Shown here one piece after another: positions 25,870 to 41,193 of a DNA stretch of 41,193 nucleotides; within the stretch, counting starts at the first letter, position 1, and every line of letters starts with the position of its first letter. The notes under the pieces were generated by a model. That model searched no databases, had not been told where the DNA came from, and saw nothing but the letters and a program-made list of their open reading frames with translations. The stretch covers positions 1 through 41,193 of the forward strand of contig JAUCBJ010006209.1 in assembly GCA_032718475.1 (NCBI GenBank), given 5' to 3'. The stretch comes from Nemertoderma westbladi (Eukaryota; Animalia; Xenacoelomorpha). The position numbers and the translations under genes were made by a program.

Positions 25870-28800
25870 ACACACAGATTTACAATAATGACTGCCAGTT
25901 TATCACAGAACCACAGATTTACTATAATGACTTCCAGTTTATCACAGAAGCACAGATTTACAATAATAACTGCCAGTTTATCACAGAACCACAGATTTAC
26001 AATAATAACTGCCAGTTTATCACAGAACCACAGATTTACAATAATAACTGCCAGTTTATCAAAGAACCACAGATTTACAATAATGACTGCCAGTTTATCA
26101 CAGAACCACAGATTTACTATAATGACTGCCAGTTTATCACAGAACCACAGATTTACTATAATGACTGCCAGTTTATCACAGAAGCACAGATTTACAATAA
26201 TAACTGCCACTTTATCACAGAACCACAGATTTACAATAATGACTGCCAGTTTATCACAGAACCACAGATTTACAATAATAACTGCCAGTTTATCAAAGAA
26301 CCACAGATTTACAATAATGACTGCCAGTTTATCACAGAACCACAGATTTACTATAATGACTGCCAGTTTATCACAGAAGCACAGATTTACAATAATAACT
26401 GCCAGTTTATCACAGAACCGCAGATTTACAATAATATAACTGCCAGTTTATCACAGAAGCACAGATTTACAATAATAACTGCCAGTTTATCACAGAACCA
26501 CAGATTTACAATAATGACTGCCAGTTTATCAAAGAACCACAGATTTACAATAATGACTGCCAGTTTATCACAGAACCACAGATTTACTATAATGACTGCC
26601 AGTTTATCACAGAAGCACAGATTTACAATAATAACTGCCAGTTTATCAAAGAACCACAGATTTACAATAATGACTGCCAGTTTATCACAGAACCACAGAT
26701 TTACTATAATGACTGCCAGTTTATCACAGAAGCACAGATTTACAATAATAACTGCCAGTTTATCACAGAACCGCAGATTTACAATAATATAACTGCCAGT
26801 TTATCACAGAAGCACAGATTTACAATAATAACTGCCAGTTTATCACAGAACCACAGATTTACAATAATGACTGCCAGTTTATCACAGAACCACAGATTTA
26901 CAATAATAACTGCCAGTTTATCAAAGAACCACAGATTTACAATAATGACTGCCAGTTTATCACAGAACCACAGATTTACTATAATGACTGCCAGTTTATC
27001 ACAGAAGCACAGATTTACAATAATAACTGCCAGTTTATCACAGAACCGCAGATTTACAATAATATAACTGCCAGTTTATCACAGAAGCACAGATTTACAA
27101 TAATAACTGCCAGTTTATCACACAACCGCAGATTTACAATAATATAACTGCCAGTTTATCACAGAAGCACAGATTTACAATAATAACTGCCAGTTGATCA
27201 CAGAAGCACAGATTTACAATAATAACTTCCAGTTTATCACAGAACCCCATATTTACAATAATGACTGCCAGTTTATCAAAGAACCACAGATTTACAATAA
27301 TAACTGCCAGTTTATCAAAGAACCACAGATTTACAATAATAACTGCCAGTTTATCACAGAAGCACAGATTTACAATAATAACTGCCAGTTTATCACAGAA
27401 CCACAGATTTACATTAATAACTGCCAGTTTATCAAAGAACCACAGATTTACAATAATGACTGCCAGTTTATCACAGAAGCACAGATTTACAATAATAACT
27501 GCCAGTTTATCACAGAACGACAGATTTACAATATTGACTGCCAGTTTATCACAGAACCACAGATTTACTATAATGACTGCCAGTTTATCACAGCACAGAT
27601 TTACAATAATAACTGCCAGTTTATCACAGAACCGCAGATTTACAATAATGACTGCCAGTTTATCACAGAACCACAGATTTACTATAATGACTGCCAGTTT
27701 ATCACAGAAGCACAGATTTACAATAATAACTGCCAGTTTATCACAGAACGACAGATTTACAATAATGACTGCCAGTTTATCACAGAACCACGGATTTACA
27801 ATAATGACTGCCAGTTTATCACAGAACCACAGATTTACAATAATGACTGCCAGTTTATCACAGAACCACAGATTTACTATAATGACTGCCAGTTTATCAC
27901 AGCACAGATTTACAATAATAACTGCCAGTTTATCACAGAACCGCAGATTTACAATAATGACTGCCAGTTTATCACAGAACCACAGATTTACAATAATAAC
28001 TGCCAGTTTATCAAAGAACCACAGATTTACAATAATGACTGCCAGTTTATCACAGAACCACAGATTTACTATAATGACTTCCAGTTTATCACAGAAGCAC
28101 AGATTTACAATAATAACTGCCAGTTTATCACAGAACCACAGATTTACAATAATAACTGCCATTTATCACAGAACCACAGATTTACAATAATAACTGCCAG
28201 TTTATCAAAGAACCACAGATTTACAATAATGACTGCCAGTTTATCACAGAACCACAGATTTACTATAATGACTGCCAGTTTATCACAGAAGCACAGATTT
28301 ACAATAATAACTGCCAGTTTATCACAGAACCGCAGATTTACAATAATGACTGCCAGTTTATCACAGAACCACAGATTTACTATAATGACTGCCAGTTTAT
28401 CACAGAAGCACAGATTTACAATAATAACTGCCAGTTTATCAAAGAACCACAGATTTACAATAATGACTGCCAGTTTATCACAGAACCACAGATTTACTAT
28501 AATGACTGCCAGTTTATCACAGAAGCACAGATTTACAATAATAACTGCCAGTTTATCACAGAACCGCAGATTTACAATAATGACTGCCAGTTTATCACAG
28601 AACCACAGATTTACTATAATGACTGCCAGTTTATCACAGAAGCACAGATTTACAATAATAACTGCCAGTTTATCACAGAACGACAGATTTACAATAATGA
28701 CTGCCAGTTTATCACAGAACCACGGATTTACAATAATGACTGCCAGTTTATCACAGAACCACAGATTTACAATAATGACTGCCAGTTTATCAAAGAACCA

Positions 28801-29389
28801 CAGATTTACTATAATGACTGCCAGTTTATCACAGCACAGATTTACAATAATAACTGCCAGTTTATCACAGAACCGCAGATTTACAATAATGACTGCCAGT
28901 TTATCACAGAACGACAGATTTACAATAATGACTGCCAGTTTATCACAGAACCACGGATTTACAATAATGACTGCCAGTTTATCACAGAAGCACAGATTTA
29001 CATTAATAACTGCCAGTTTATCACAGAACCACAGATTTACAATAATGACTGCCAGTTTATCACAGAACCACAGATTTACAATAATGACTGCCAGTTTATC
29101 ATAAAACCACAGATTTACAATAATGACTGCCAGTTTATCACAGAACCACAGATTTACAATAATGACTGCCAGTTTATCATAAAACCACAGATTTACAATA
29201 ATGACTGCCAGTTTATCACAGAACCACAGATTTACAATAATGACTGCCAGTTTATCATAAAACCACAGATTTACAATAATGACTGCCAGTATATCACAGA
29301 ACCACAGATATAGAACCGCAGATTTGCAATAATAACTGCCAGTTTATCACAGAACCACACACAGATTTACAAACTAATAACTGCCAGTT
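25870..29389. repeat. 39-bp satellite, main block (~90 units)
   Basis: Same 39-bp unit with recurring variants (aagcac, ccgcag, tactat, tcaaag, 36-bp deletion units). Confidence 0.97.
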
Positions 29390-29982
29390 TGTATATGTAA
29401 ATATAAAAAGTAAATATATATAATCAAAACATAATTTTCAATTATTAATTAATAAACTTGGTTAAAATTAATTAATTTATATAAATTAATTGAAATGAAT
29501 TATCTAATATGGCTGAAAAGAAGACAAATGATATTAAAATTAATAATCAAAACACTGTTTTGTTGATCATCAACTAAAATTAATTAGGATATCCATAAAT
29601 CTAAATGAATTAAATATTTACCTATATACTTAGCCGTAGAGTATTGTATGCATTGGCCATAGGCCGTAAGCGTAGGGTAGGATGTAGGGATTAGATAAGG
29701 TAGGCTTTCACCCCCCTCCCCCCATATCTCCATGTTGTAACTTTGAGCTTCATGTGTGCCCTGAATGTCCTGTGCTCCTAACCAAACATTATTTTCAGAT
29801 AACCACAGGTTTATAAGTTTTTTTGCTCTTTATAACCACAGGTTAGTACGTTTTAACCTTGGGTTTTTTAAAGCCTCAGTTTATTAAAATTACCGCCAGT
29901 TTTCTCAAATAAAACCGCCAGTTGACTGTTAATTAAACGGCGGTTTCGTAAAAACTGGTTTATTTGGTTGCCGTTTTTTTTA
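29390..29982. repeat. ~590-bp segment, copy 2
   Basis: Matches 25280-25869 and continues into the right subterminal region of the CACTG element. Confidence 0.92.
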
Positions 29983-31104
29983 CCTGTGGTTTTTTGAGAA
30001 AACCGGCAGTTTTAAATAGTTGAAACGCCAGTTACCAGCAGTAAACCATAGGTTAATAAATGCCGATTAAATATTCGACCGGGAATTTGCGTTAAACCAG
30101 AACCTGAGGTTACAGAAACCGGCAGTTCCTTGCGATATAAAATACCAGAGGTTTTACAACGCATTTTTAGGTTCTAAACAACTGGGGGTTATGGAACCGC
30201 CGGTTTTACGAGATATAATCAACCCCCGGTTTGCACAACTGCCAGTTCTTGGCAATGTTTATTTACCGCCGGTTTGTAAAAACAACCTGCGGTGGTTTTC
30301 GTGGCAAAACAACCCCAGGTAGTTCTTGCAAACCGGCAGTTTTTTAACAAAATACCACCACTTACTTTTTTCAGTGTAGTTACAACAGCTGATTACTAGT
30401 ATAAAATTAATCTGTAACATGTGCTATCGAGTCTCGTTTATTGTTTTGGTTAGAATAATACCGGTCCGTCACTATATAACTTGCACCCTTCTCGATGAAC
30501 CATGAACAGTACCAGCCTGCTGTGGATGGGGGGGGGGGGGGTCAGTGGAATTCGGGTCCTAGGCTGACGGAACGAAACGATACTGTAGTACTTTAATAAT
30601 TTCAATTAGGGAAGAATATTAATTGAATTAACTGAATCATTTCAATGTTTTTGTTCAAACATTTAAACAATTTCACAAGGGGGGTCGGGGTTTATCAGGA
30701 AACTTTAAAAAGCAAGCTGAAATTACTTAATTTGAGTTATTATGTTAATTACTATGATATTTACATTATTCATATTCATACATCAGAAAAACTTATTATT
30801 TTAATTCGAATTTCAACAACATAAGTTCCGGATTGGCTCCGGGTTAATTTGCCCGGAGCCGGAACCAGAGCCGGAGCAAGAAAATTGCCCCGGAGCTCCG
30901 GATTTCCGGAGCTCTGTCGCATACCTAGTGTTTACTCTAACTGTGTTTTCAGAATGTGTATAAACTGGCAAAATAGAAGGAGGTTCCGGTATTAAATTGT
31001 AAGAGTTAAAATTGAAAATGTATTAATTTCCGATATTGAATTCAATGTAAAATATCTAGTTAATAATGAAATTGACAAAACACAAAGTACTTCAAAGGAC
31101 AAAA

Positions 31105-33405
<2,301 letters not shown>

Positions 33406-33447
33406 CTAAACGGTAAATAAAGTTACTTTATTTATAGTTTATTTTTA

Positions 33448-34011
<564 letters not shown>

Positions 34012-34204
34012 CTATAGATAAAACAACAATGTAAAAGCAATCAACATAACGCAATCTTCCTATAAAGAAATAATTAAACTTTATAGCCAAAAAAAAAAAA
34101 CATTTCAAAAAAATATAGCAAAATTACATCTGACTCACTGTTTAAACTTCGGGATCCCGAGATTCTTAGTAGGTCAGTAGGTAGGGCCTAGGCCTATTTC
34201 TTAC

Positions 34205-34498
34205 CTTGAGAGACAGGAAGTCATCAATCCCCAAACGTGATCGTTTCAACCTTAGGAACTGCGTTTCTTTCTCCGCATGCTCCTGTCTACGTTGCTCTTT
34301 TTCCTTATCTGTCAGTTTATCTTCCTCCATTCGGTGCTCCAGTTTCGATATTCTCTTCTGCCGCTCATCGTGTTGTATTGCAAGATTCGTGTAGTAATTC
34401 TCGAGGGCAGCTTTTGTCCGCGCGACTTTGTCCAACGAATATGTAGTTATATTTACATTGGAATCAGATGGACTGGTTTGCCCAGTTGGAGCCGTCAT
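34205..34498 (-). CDS. STK38: NDR/STK38 kinase, coding exon 1 (N-terminal MOB-binding region)
   Basis: ATG at 34498 (MTAPTG), TKAALENYYTNL...HAEKETQFLRLKRSRLGIDDF, donor AAG|gtaaga, 98 codons. The start is inferred: an upstream in-frame ATG exists, but an acceptor-like ttag at ~34508 suggests a 5' UTR intron. Confidence 0.9.
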
Positions 34499-35174
34499 TT
34501 TGTTTCCTAATGCCAGAATGTTCAGCAACCAACAAATGACAAATGATGAAGCAGACAGGACAGACAGAGACAACACTACTGCACTACACAAGTAAAACCG
34601 TTTTTTTAGCCTAGGCCACCCTATACCAGTACAGCAGTATGCTGCTATGCCTATGACATATGAATATGATGCCTCTCGCATTTGTGCCTGTTTGCGCAAT
34701 TGATTGATTGATATTTTTTTCCAGATTAACAGATTAACAATATTAAACAATTTACATATTAAACACTAAAATACTGAAATAAGGAACTGGTAAATAATAT
34801 ATAATAGTGTATAGAGTACGTGTAGTTACTACTGTATTTAATTAATTAAGTCAATCCACAATGCCCGTACACGTAAAAGCGATACCGGCGAATGTGACAC
34901 TCCGAATAATAAAATCCAGTTCGGCCAGGCAGCCAGGGCCAGGCTGGAATTACTTACAACCCAACTGATTTTCTAAATGCTGAAATGACGCCGCAGTCTG
35001 GCAGTTACGCGGAGGGCCATATACTGGTATTTGGTCCGCGGACCAAATCCTTTTTCGAGGGGTCTGGGGGTGGCAATGTTATTACAACTTCTGACCTTAC
35101 AGCAAAGACTACCTGCTTGTACACTTACTGTAATTAATCTCGTCCACATCTAACTCTCAGGACCTGTAATTAAT

Positions 35175-36564
35175 GATGAAATCCCAGCGGAGGTATGGAA
35201 AACAGGAGTGCTAAACAGACCATTATTGAATGTTTGCAACCAGATGTTAAAAGGAGAAAAGCCATCACCAATTTGGACTAAAGGTCAACTAAAGCCTCTC
35301 CCCAAGAAAGGAGACCTTGGTATACCAACAAACTACCGTGGGATCTGTCTGCTTGTTGTAGCTGCCAAAATATACAATAAAATGATTCTATATACTGTAG
35401 GATTAGGCCTCACATAGAGAAACTACTGCGTAAGAGCTAAAACGGATTACAACCAAGTAGATCAACAATAGCTCAGATACTTGCACTACGGAGACTGATT
35501 GAAGAAATTAAGTGAAAGAATCTCCCCGCAGTCATGACTTTTCTGGACTTCAAGAAGGCATTCGACTTCAACCACAGAGGTAAAATGCTTGAAATCCTAA
35601 GAGCTTATGGAATACCAGAAGTAATTGTTGGTGGCATTGGATTGTTATATTGTGACACAGAAGCGCAGGTACTCTCACCAGATTACTATTTGTAATTGTG
35701 CTGGATTACGCAATGAGGACGGCCACAAAGGGTGAAGATCTGTGATTCACACTTCAAGAACGCAGAAGTAGTAGATATCCGGCAACTACAGTCACATACA
35801 CCGACTTTGCGGATGACATCGCCTTGCTCTCTAATACCCAAGCAGATGCACAGTTTCTACTAAATAAAATGGAGAGGGCTGCTAAGGAGGTTGGATTGCA
35901 TATAAATGCTACCAAGACCGAATTCATGACTTTTGATGTAGATGGAAACTTGACAACCATTGATAATAATCAACTAAGGAAGGTCGACGACTTCCAGTAC
36001 CTTGGATCATGGATAGAGAGTAGCAAAAAGGACATAGAAGTTAGGAAAGCAAAGGCTTGGGCAGCTTTATCAAAAATGGATACCATCTGGAAATCAGATC
36101 TCTCCAGGCACATGAAGACTAAAGTTCTGTCGAGCCACAGTGGAAAGTGTATTTTTATACGGGGGTGAGACCTGGACACTGACTAAATTACTTGAACAAC
36201 GAATTGATAGTTGCTACACAAAACTACTGTACTACGGGCAGCCAACATCAGCTGGAGACAACACATGACAAACGTTGAGCTTTATGGTACAATACCACCT
36301 GTATCAACCACCCTCCGTGAACGCAGATTAAGATTCAGTGGGCACTGCTGGCGAAGTAAAGACGAGGTCATACCAGATCTACTTTTCTGGCAACCAACTC
36401 GTGGAAAGCGTAGTCGTGGACGAACGGCCATAACATATATAGATCAACTTGAAAGGGATACTGAATTGGCAGAAACGAAATTGCGACAACTATGGAGAAT
36501 CGGGAAGCCTGGAAGGATCTCATTTCCACTGTCCGAGTTCGCTCGACCTACAGTAGTAGTAGTA
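35175..36564 (+). mobile_element. 5'-truncated, frameshifted RTE/RTE-X-like LINE (reverse transcriptase to 3' end)
   Basis: DEIPAEVWK, LPKKGDL..NYRGICLL, FLDFKKAFD, FADDIALL, GLHINATKT, DDFQYLGSWI, LRFSGHCWR, with stops, frameshifts and an internal deletion; ends in a (GTA)4 tail at 36553-36564. Confidence 0.92.
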
Positions 36565-37072
36565 TTCGCATGGGGGTAAACTGCAGAGTGAAAATATAAC
36601 CGCAGAAAGACTGGTATACTTCACAAACCCACCACCTCCCCCCCCCCCCCCCCCCCCTTCCATTTTATTCCATGTTTATAATACTGAAAGTTCAAACTGA
36701 AATTAATTGAACGTTACCAGCCACGGCAATACGGGCAAAGAATAGCTGCTCTGCGACCGGTGCAACATTTTAAATTGATGGATGAGACTTTTTTCAATTG
36801 CATGTAGCAAGATTGAAAGCTAGAATGAAACTTCTACAGTAATTAACTAAGAAAATCTCTGTTGCAACCTCATTTAGGCTACTTGTTGTGAACAATTGGG
36901 ATGATGTGGGAGGCACCTTATTATGAGTATTTGGTGTTTGTTTAATTATCCATAAGGGTGTAACTTAAACAACTAGCCTACTCTACTGTTGAATACGGGA
37001 ATACGTAGGCCTGATATGTAGAACTGAATAATGTACAACATTAAAAATGCTGGACCTGATCGATCTTTCATT

Positions 37073-37347
37073 TTAAGCCAATTCTTCATTTGACGAAGCA
37101 TCCGACTCAATTATCACCTGGTACCACGACGCAAATGCATTGCGAGTGTTTCCTAATGTCTTCCCTTGAAACCACTTTACCAGACAAATAATGATCATGA
37201 TAGTAACAGACAGAGTTATCACGACTGCCACAGTAATTCCAGCCACCTGCCACGGAGTTACGTGATTGGTCGAACTTTCTTGCGGAATTCTCTTTTCTAG
37301 TGTTCCTTTTCGTTCCCCACACATTCCAGGTTCCTCTACATTAAATT
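37073..37347 (-). CDS. Last exon of a Cys-rich single-pass membrane protein (TM + short tail)
   Basis: Acceptor tttttcgtttcag|AA (phase 1, matching the upstream exon); hydrophobic VAGITVAVVITLSVTIMIIICLV followed by KW; stop TAA at 37073. Confidence 0.65.
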
Positions 37348-37717
37348 CTGAAACGAAAAATAGCAAATTTTACTACTCAGACAAATACAGAAATTAAGAA
37401 TAAAATACACAGGATACTGTACTGTTAAAGTAAGCTTAACTAGCATTTCTTTCAGCAATTGTAGCTAACAGCGAAATGAGTTGTTTGCAGAAGTTGTTTT
37501 CGATCTACATGTGGGTTCTAGTAAAAAAATATTGTTGTTGTCCCTTTTAATTGCAACCATACCATGTAGTACACTATACTTTGATAGTCTATTGTTGTAG
37601 CCCCTACCCAATGTTAATTAATTAAATAATAATATTTCAATAAATTAAATATACTGTATTTACTGTGGCATAACGTCGGCGTAAATATTGCGGTCTCGAT
37701 CAACCAATCAAACTAAC

Positions 37718-37895
37718 CAGATTTCAGACAGAATCTTTTGTACTTGTTGTTCGCACAATCGCTGTCTGTACGGCATTCTCGACAGGCGTGGTCGCTATGG
37801 TGACAGAATTGTCGGGTCTGTGTGCAATCTTCATCACTAATGCACTGAACGCACTTACCTAAGTGACAGCGTTGAAATTCCCGGTCCCAACATTC
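37718..37895 (-). CDS. Internal exon, Cys-rich extracellular repeats (CxxDxDC type)
   Basis: acgcag|GAA...TCT G|gttagt. ECWDREFQRCHLGKCVQCISDEDCTQTRQFCHHSDHACRECRTDSDCANNKYKRFCLKS splices in frame to 37347. Upstream exon(s) not identified. Confidence 0.7.
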
Positions 37896-38339
37896 CTGCG
37901 TTGTAAGATGAATTTGCTTATTAAGTTGGAGCAATATGGAGAAACAATGTGTTTTGTGTTTTTGAATGTTTTTTTAATATTGGAGAATGTTCTACCTAGT
38001 GAATTATAGAACATTATAGTATATTTTTCTATGGTAGCTCTTGTTTATTTACTACAGTAGCTAATATTTTTAGAAAATAAAAAAAATTATATAAGCTGTA
38101 AACTGTTATAATATCATCAATATTATTGGTCATTAATATATTCTCCTACAGTTTAAACCTGCAATATCAATGTTTTCACATTTTTTAATAATTAAAAAAA
38201 TACGAACTACTGTAGTAAAAAAAACACTAGCTACCATAAAAACTAGATAATAATAAATGAATTGTTGTGGGGTGAGTGACGGTGAATTAAATATATAATG
38301 TAGATAGGACAATATGATAATGCTCTCCATAGCGAAAAA

Positions 38340-38431
38340 TATCAACCGGCCCTATTGGGGCTCGAACCCGATACCTAGGTTTCAAACTTCTGGTTATCAT
38401 CAGCCGGGTGACTGTACTGAGCTACCAGACC
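38340..38431 (-). mobile_element. tRNA-derived SINE head
   Basis: Minus strand GGTCTGGTAGCTCAGT (A box) ... GGGTTCGAGCCCC (B box); no convincing cloverleaf. Confidence 0.6.
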
Positions 38432-40579
38432 GGATGAATATTTCGCTGTGGAGTGGGAGATCATATTTAGGCCAACTAATCACTCAAAGGAAAGTACAAG
38501 TTCGTTCGTTATTCCCGTGCTCTGCCAGAAATGGCAACCATGCCTCAAAGAATAACTATTATACAGTGTTGTAGAAACCACTGTAACCCCGTAATGCCTG
38601 GCCCAGGCTGTTAATTAATAATAATAAATAAACTAGATAGATGTTCTAGAACACTTACCAATAACAAAAATACAAAAATTACCGTATTTTTTAAATTTCA
38701 AAAATATTGAGATAAGCTATAGGGCCTACTAGTGCCGCCAAAGAGTTTACTGCACCGGGGTTGTCGTTTAGGTATCTACCGTAGTATTACTACAAAAATG
38801 TTTCGGATACTGGCCTACATCCGCGATCTCCATCCAAATTGTTTATACTACTGCAGCTATTGCAACTATTTTAAAAATGATGTTGAACATGAGAGCTATT
38901 ATTCAAATGAAAAGTTCTAGAACATTGCCTTTTGTTCTAGAACATTTTATTTTTCTTAATACAAGCCTTCTTTTACGATATTTTAGAACAATCTACAGTA
39001 GGCCTAGCAGTATAATATTACGAGCCTAGATTAATTCATTTTAACAATTTGTGAGGTTTGCTTTTTAATAATAATTATTGATGCCTAACATTTTAAATTA
39101 AAAGTTCTAATTCTAAGTCATAAGTAGCAGTATAACGTAACGATAGTGAAGGTTTTGGAGGGTTTTATAGTTTTGAAATTTCTATAAGTTATACAGTTAT
39201 TTATACGGTATCTATAGCAACGGGCTAACCTCAATCACACCTTGGGCTTCGCAATACAATATATCGTCGCCTTCCAGCCCTCTAATTAAACTACATAATA
39301 TAGAAACCATTAAGATGTAGACCACATGGTGGCAATTAAAAGTATTTATAATGACCAACATTATTGAAGTATTAATTTTTTTCTGATAGAGATAATTAAT
39401 TAGGCCTATAGCTAGAAATATTCTGGAAATATAATTATAAACAGCCTGAGAAACGCGATAATTGGAATCTTGGAAGATATATCACCTCTACATTTTTCCA
39501 TTGTAAAGAATATGATAATGACCTTAAAAAACCAAGAGTTCTAAATTGTAAATTATTGTAATTATGCATTGCGTATAAAATCACATGAAAAACGATATAT
39601 TGACTGGCAACTCTTGGCAATTGTATATAATTATATAATGAAAATAGGATATTATATTGATGTGTTTGGGATCTTATATTGTATAGTATACCACACATCG
39701 ATGATGCTTTAACCATCCAATGAAAATGTTGGCCTAGATAATTCTTTCATACAGCTCAGTAGTAATGGTTACCCCTCTTTGGCGACAGTTTGGTCCCACT
39801 TCGCACCTTGGGTGTTAAGTAGGTCATTAATTAATTAAACAATTAATTAATTGGTCGATTAAACAATTAATTAATTGTTTAATCAATCGATTTGTATCAA
39901 ATAATGTTGCCAAAGGCAATTTAATTTGATACAAATCAATCAGATAGGGGATGCGCAATGAATAAATTGTACTACAGCAAATGAAATATACAATACTATA
40001 GGCACTGTGCAATACAATATACAGTATATTTGTATTATTTTTGCCGTACAGTAGGTAAAGATAGAATGAAATATAAAGATGCGAGCGGGGCCCAAAACAT
40101 AAATTAGCCTCACACGAAAATAAAGTGGGCCAGCTTGGTCCTAGCTCAACCCCTCAATAATCTGTGGCTGCTTGGGCTCTTATTAGACGTAGCATGACTA
40201 ATCCCATTGAACCCTATGTTGAGTTATACTCTAAGTCAACGTGGGCCTGCCACACATTTTAAATTATTCAAACCTCCAGCTTCGTTATTATGCCAATTCG
40301 CCCGAGAAATTATAATAAACATCTGCTCTTGCAATAGATTGCATTCTTTCGCATTGTACTTTATGAAGCAGTCCACGCGCGTATTAGCTCAACGACAAAG
40401 CCAATACCCAAACACCATGTTCTAGCCTCCCTCTATAATAGCCCCCATTCACCGCATTCCCATTCATTCTCTAATTTTATTTTTAAAAGTTTTATTTATT
40501 TTCATAAAAGTTTTATTTATTTAAAATTTTGTAAAATCATTCAGCGAAAATTCATAATATCAATTGACATTGCTATATA

Positions 40580-41193
40580 ATGCCTAGTTATGAAAGATGC
40601 TTGGTTTGTAATAAAGAAATGAGACAAGACAAGCTATCTCGTCATATGGAAAGACATAGAAAGGATAAACTAATGGATCCATTACCAAAGAAATTTAAAA
40701 AATCCGAAGATATTTTTAGTGAAGAAGAAAAGAAAAAGAGAGTTGAACGTGATATATTAAATATAAAACAGACAATGGAAAATAAATTTCATAAAGTTAT
40801 GAATATTTTGAAAGGGATACAAAAACAGTTACCCCTAGAAAATGACGAGAATTTGAGTGAGAAAGATGAAGAAGAAGAGGACGATGAGATGGAGAATGAA
40901 AATAGTGAGGGTCAAGATGAAGTTGAAGAGAGTGAGGTTGAGAACGAAGTGAGTGAAGGTCATGAAGATGACGAAGAAAGTGAAGGTCAGGAAGAGGGTG
41001 AAGAAAGCGAAGGTCAGGAAGAGAATGAAGAAAATGAAGAACAGGAAGAGGATGAAGAAAGTGAAGAACAGGAAGAGGATGACGAAAGTGAAGGTCAGAA
41101 AGAGGATGAAGAAAGTGAAGGTCAGGAAGAGGACGAAGAAAGTGAAGGTCAGGAAAGTGAAGAAGATGATGAAAATGATAATAATAAGGAAAT
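40580..41193 (+). CDS. ORF running off the window end: N-terminal C2H2-type zinc finger followed by a Glu/Asp-rich repeat region
   Basis: MPSYERCLVCNKEMRQDKLSRHMERH (C-x2-C-x11-H-x3-H), basic segment, then 27-bp repeats encoding EEDEESEGQ. No stop in 204 codons; absent from the ORF track, presumably because it has no stop in the window. Confidence 0.7.
   Translation, partial: MPSYERCLVCNKEMRQDKLSRHMERHRKDKLMDPLPKKFKKSEDIFSEEEKKKRVERDILNIKQTMENKFHKVMNILKGIQKQLPLENDENLSEKDEEEEDDEMENENSEGQDEVEESEVENEVSEGHEDDEESEGQEEGEESEGQEENEENEEQEEDEESEEQEEDDESEGQKEDEESEGQEEDEESEGQESEEDDENDNNKE

Larger units (their letters stand above)
17732..30376. mobile_element. CACTG-terminated (CMC/EnSpm-like) non-autonomous transposon carrying two satellite arrays
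   Basis: Perfect 18-bp TIR CACTGAAAAAAGTAAGTG / CACTTACTTTTTTCAGTG with TA on both flanks; AAACYGGCRGTT subterminal motifs near both ends; no transposase ORF. Confidence 0.85.
17246..30927. mobile_element. hAT-like non-autonomous element (about 1 kb once the nested insertion is removed)
   Basis: TIRs TAGGGATGCGACAGAGCT / AGCTCTGTCGCATACCTA (17/18). 8-bp TSD GTGCTTAC (17238-17245) / GTGTTTAC (30928-30935). CCGGAG subterminal clusters at both ends. Confidence 0.85.

Noticed and set aside
25854-29104. Long ORFs (up to 636 aa) with 13-aa repeats
   Set aside because: By-product of a 39-bp (3n) satellite open in several frames on both strands. Frames switch at indels, there is no unique domain, and it lies within a transposon within an intron.
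34499-34750. N-terminal hydrophobic extension of the kinase ORF
   Set aside because: Not NDR-like, and an acceptor-like ttag sits just upstream of the MTAP ATG, so it is probably intron or UTR.

Overview
AT-rich animal (probably invertebrate) genomic DNA with spliceosomal GT-AG introns and no prokaryotic features. Two multi-exon genes converge. On + is a 3-exon sterol delta-7 reductase (DHCR7/DWF5-like, 416 aa, 932-10491), whose 8-kb second intron holds a same-strand, single-coding-exon Ly6/uPAR-like gene plus LINE/SINE/MITE debris. On - is a 4-exon NDR/STK38/tricornered kinase (469 aa, 34498-16737). The 16-kb third kinase intron is almost fully explained by nested non-autonomous DNA transposons (hAT-like > CACTG/CMC-like > GGG-ended element with 4-bp TSD), two satellites (85 bp and 39 bp) inside the CACTG element, and a ~2-kb 19/22-bp satellite that is a roughly 100-fold amplification of the gene's own exon-3 splice donor and matches the spliced exon3-exon4 junction (TYRK|VMN). 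Further right are a decayed RTE-like LINE, two exons of a Cys-rich single-pass membrane protein (-), a tRNA-derived SINE, and an ORF (C2H2 finger + acidic repeats) running off the window end. TAGGCCTA and TACWGTA motifs are strongly over-represented in non-coding DNA. All coordinates and counts were read by eye.
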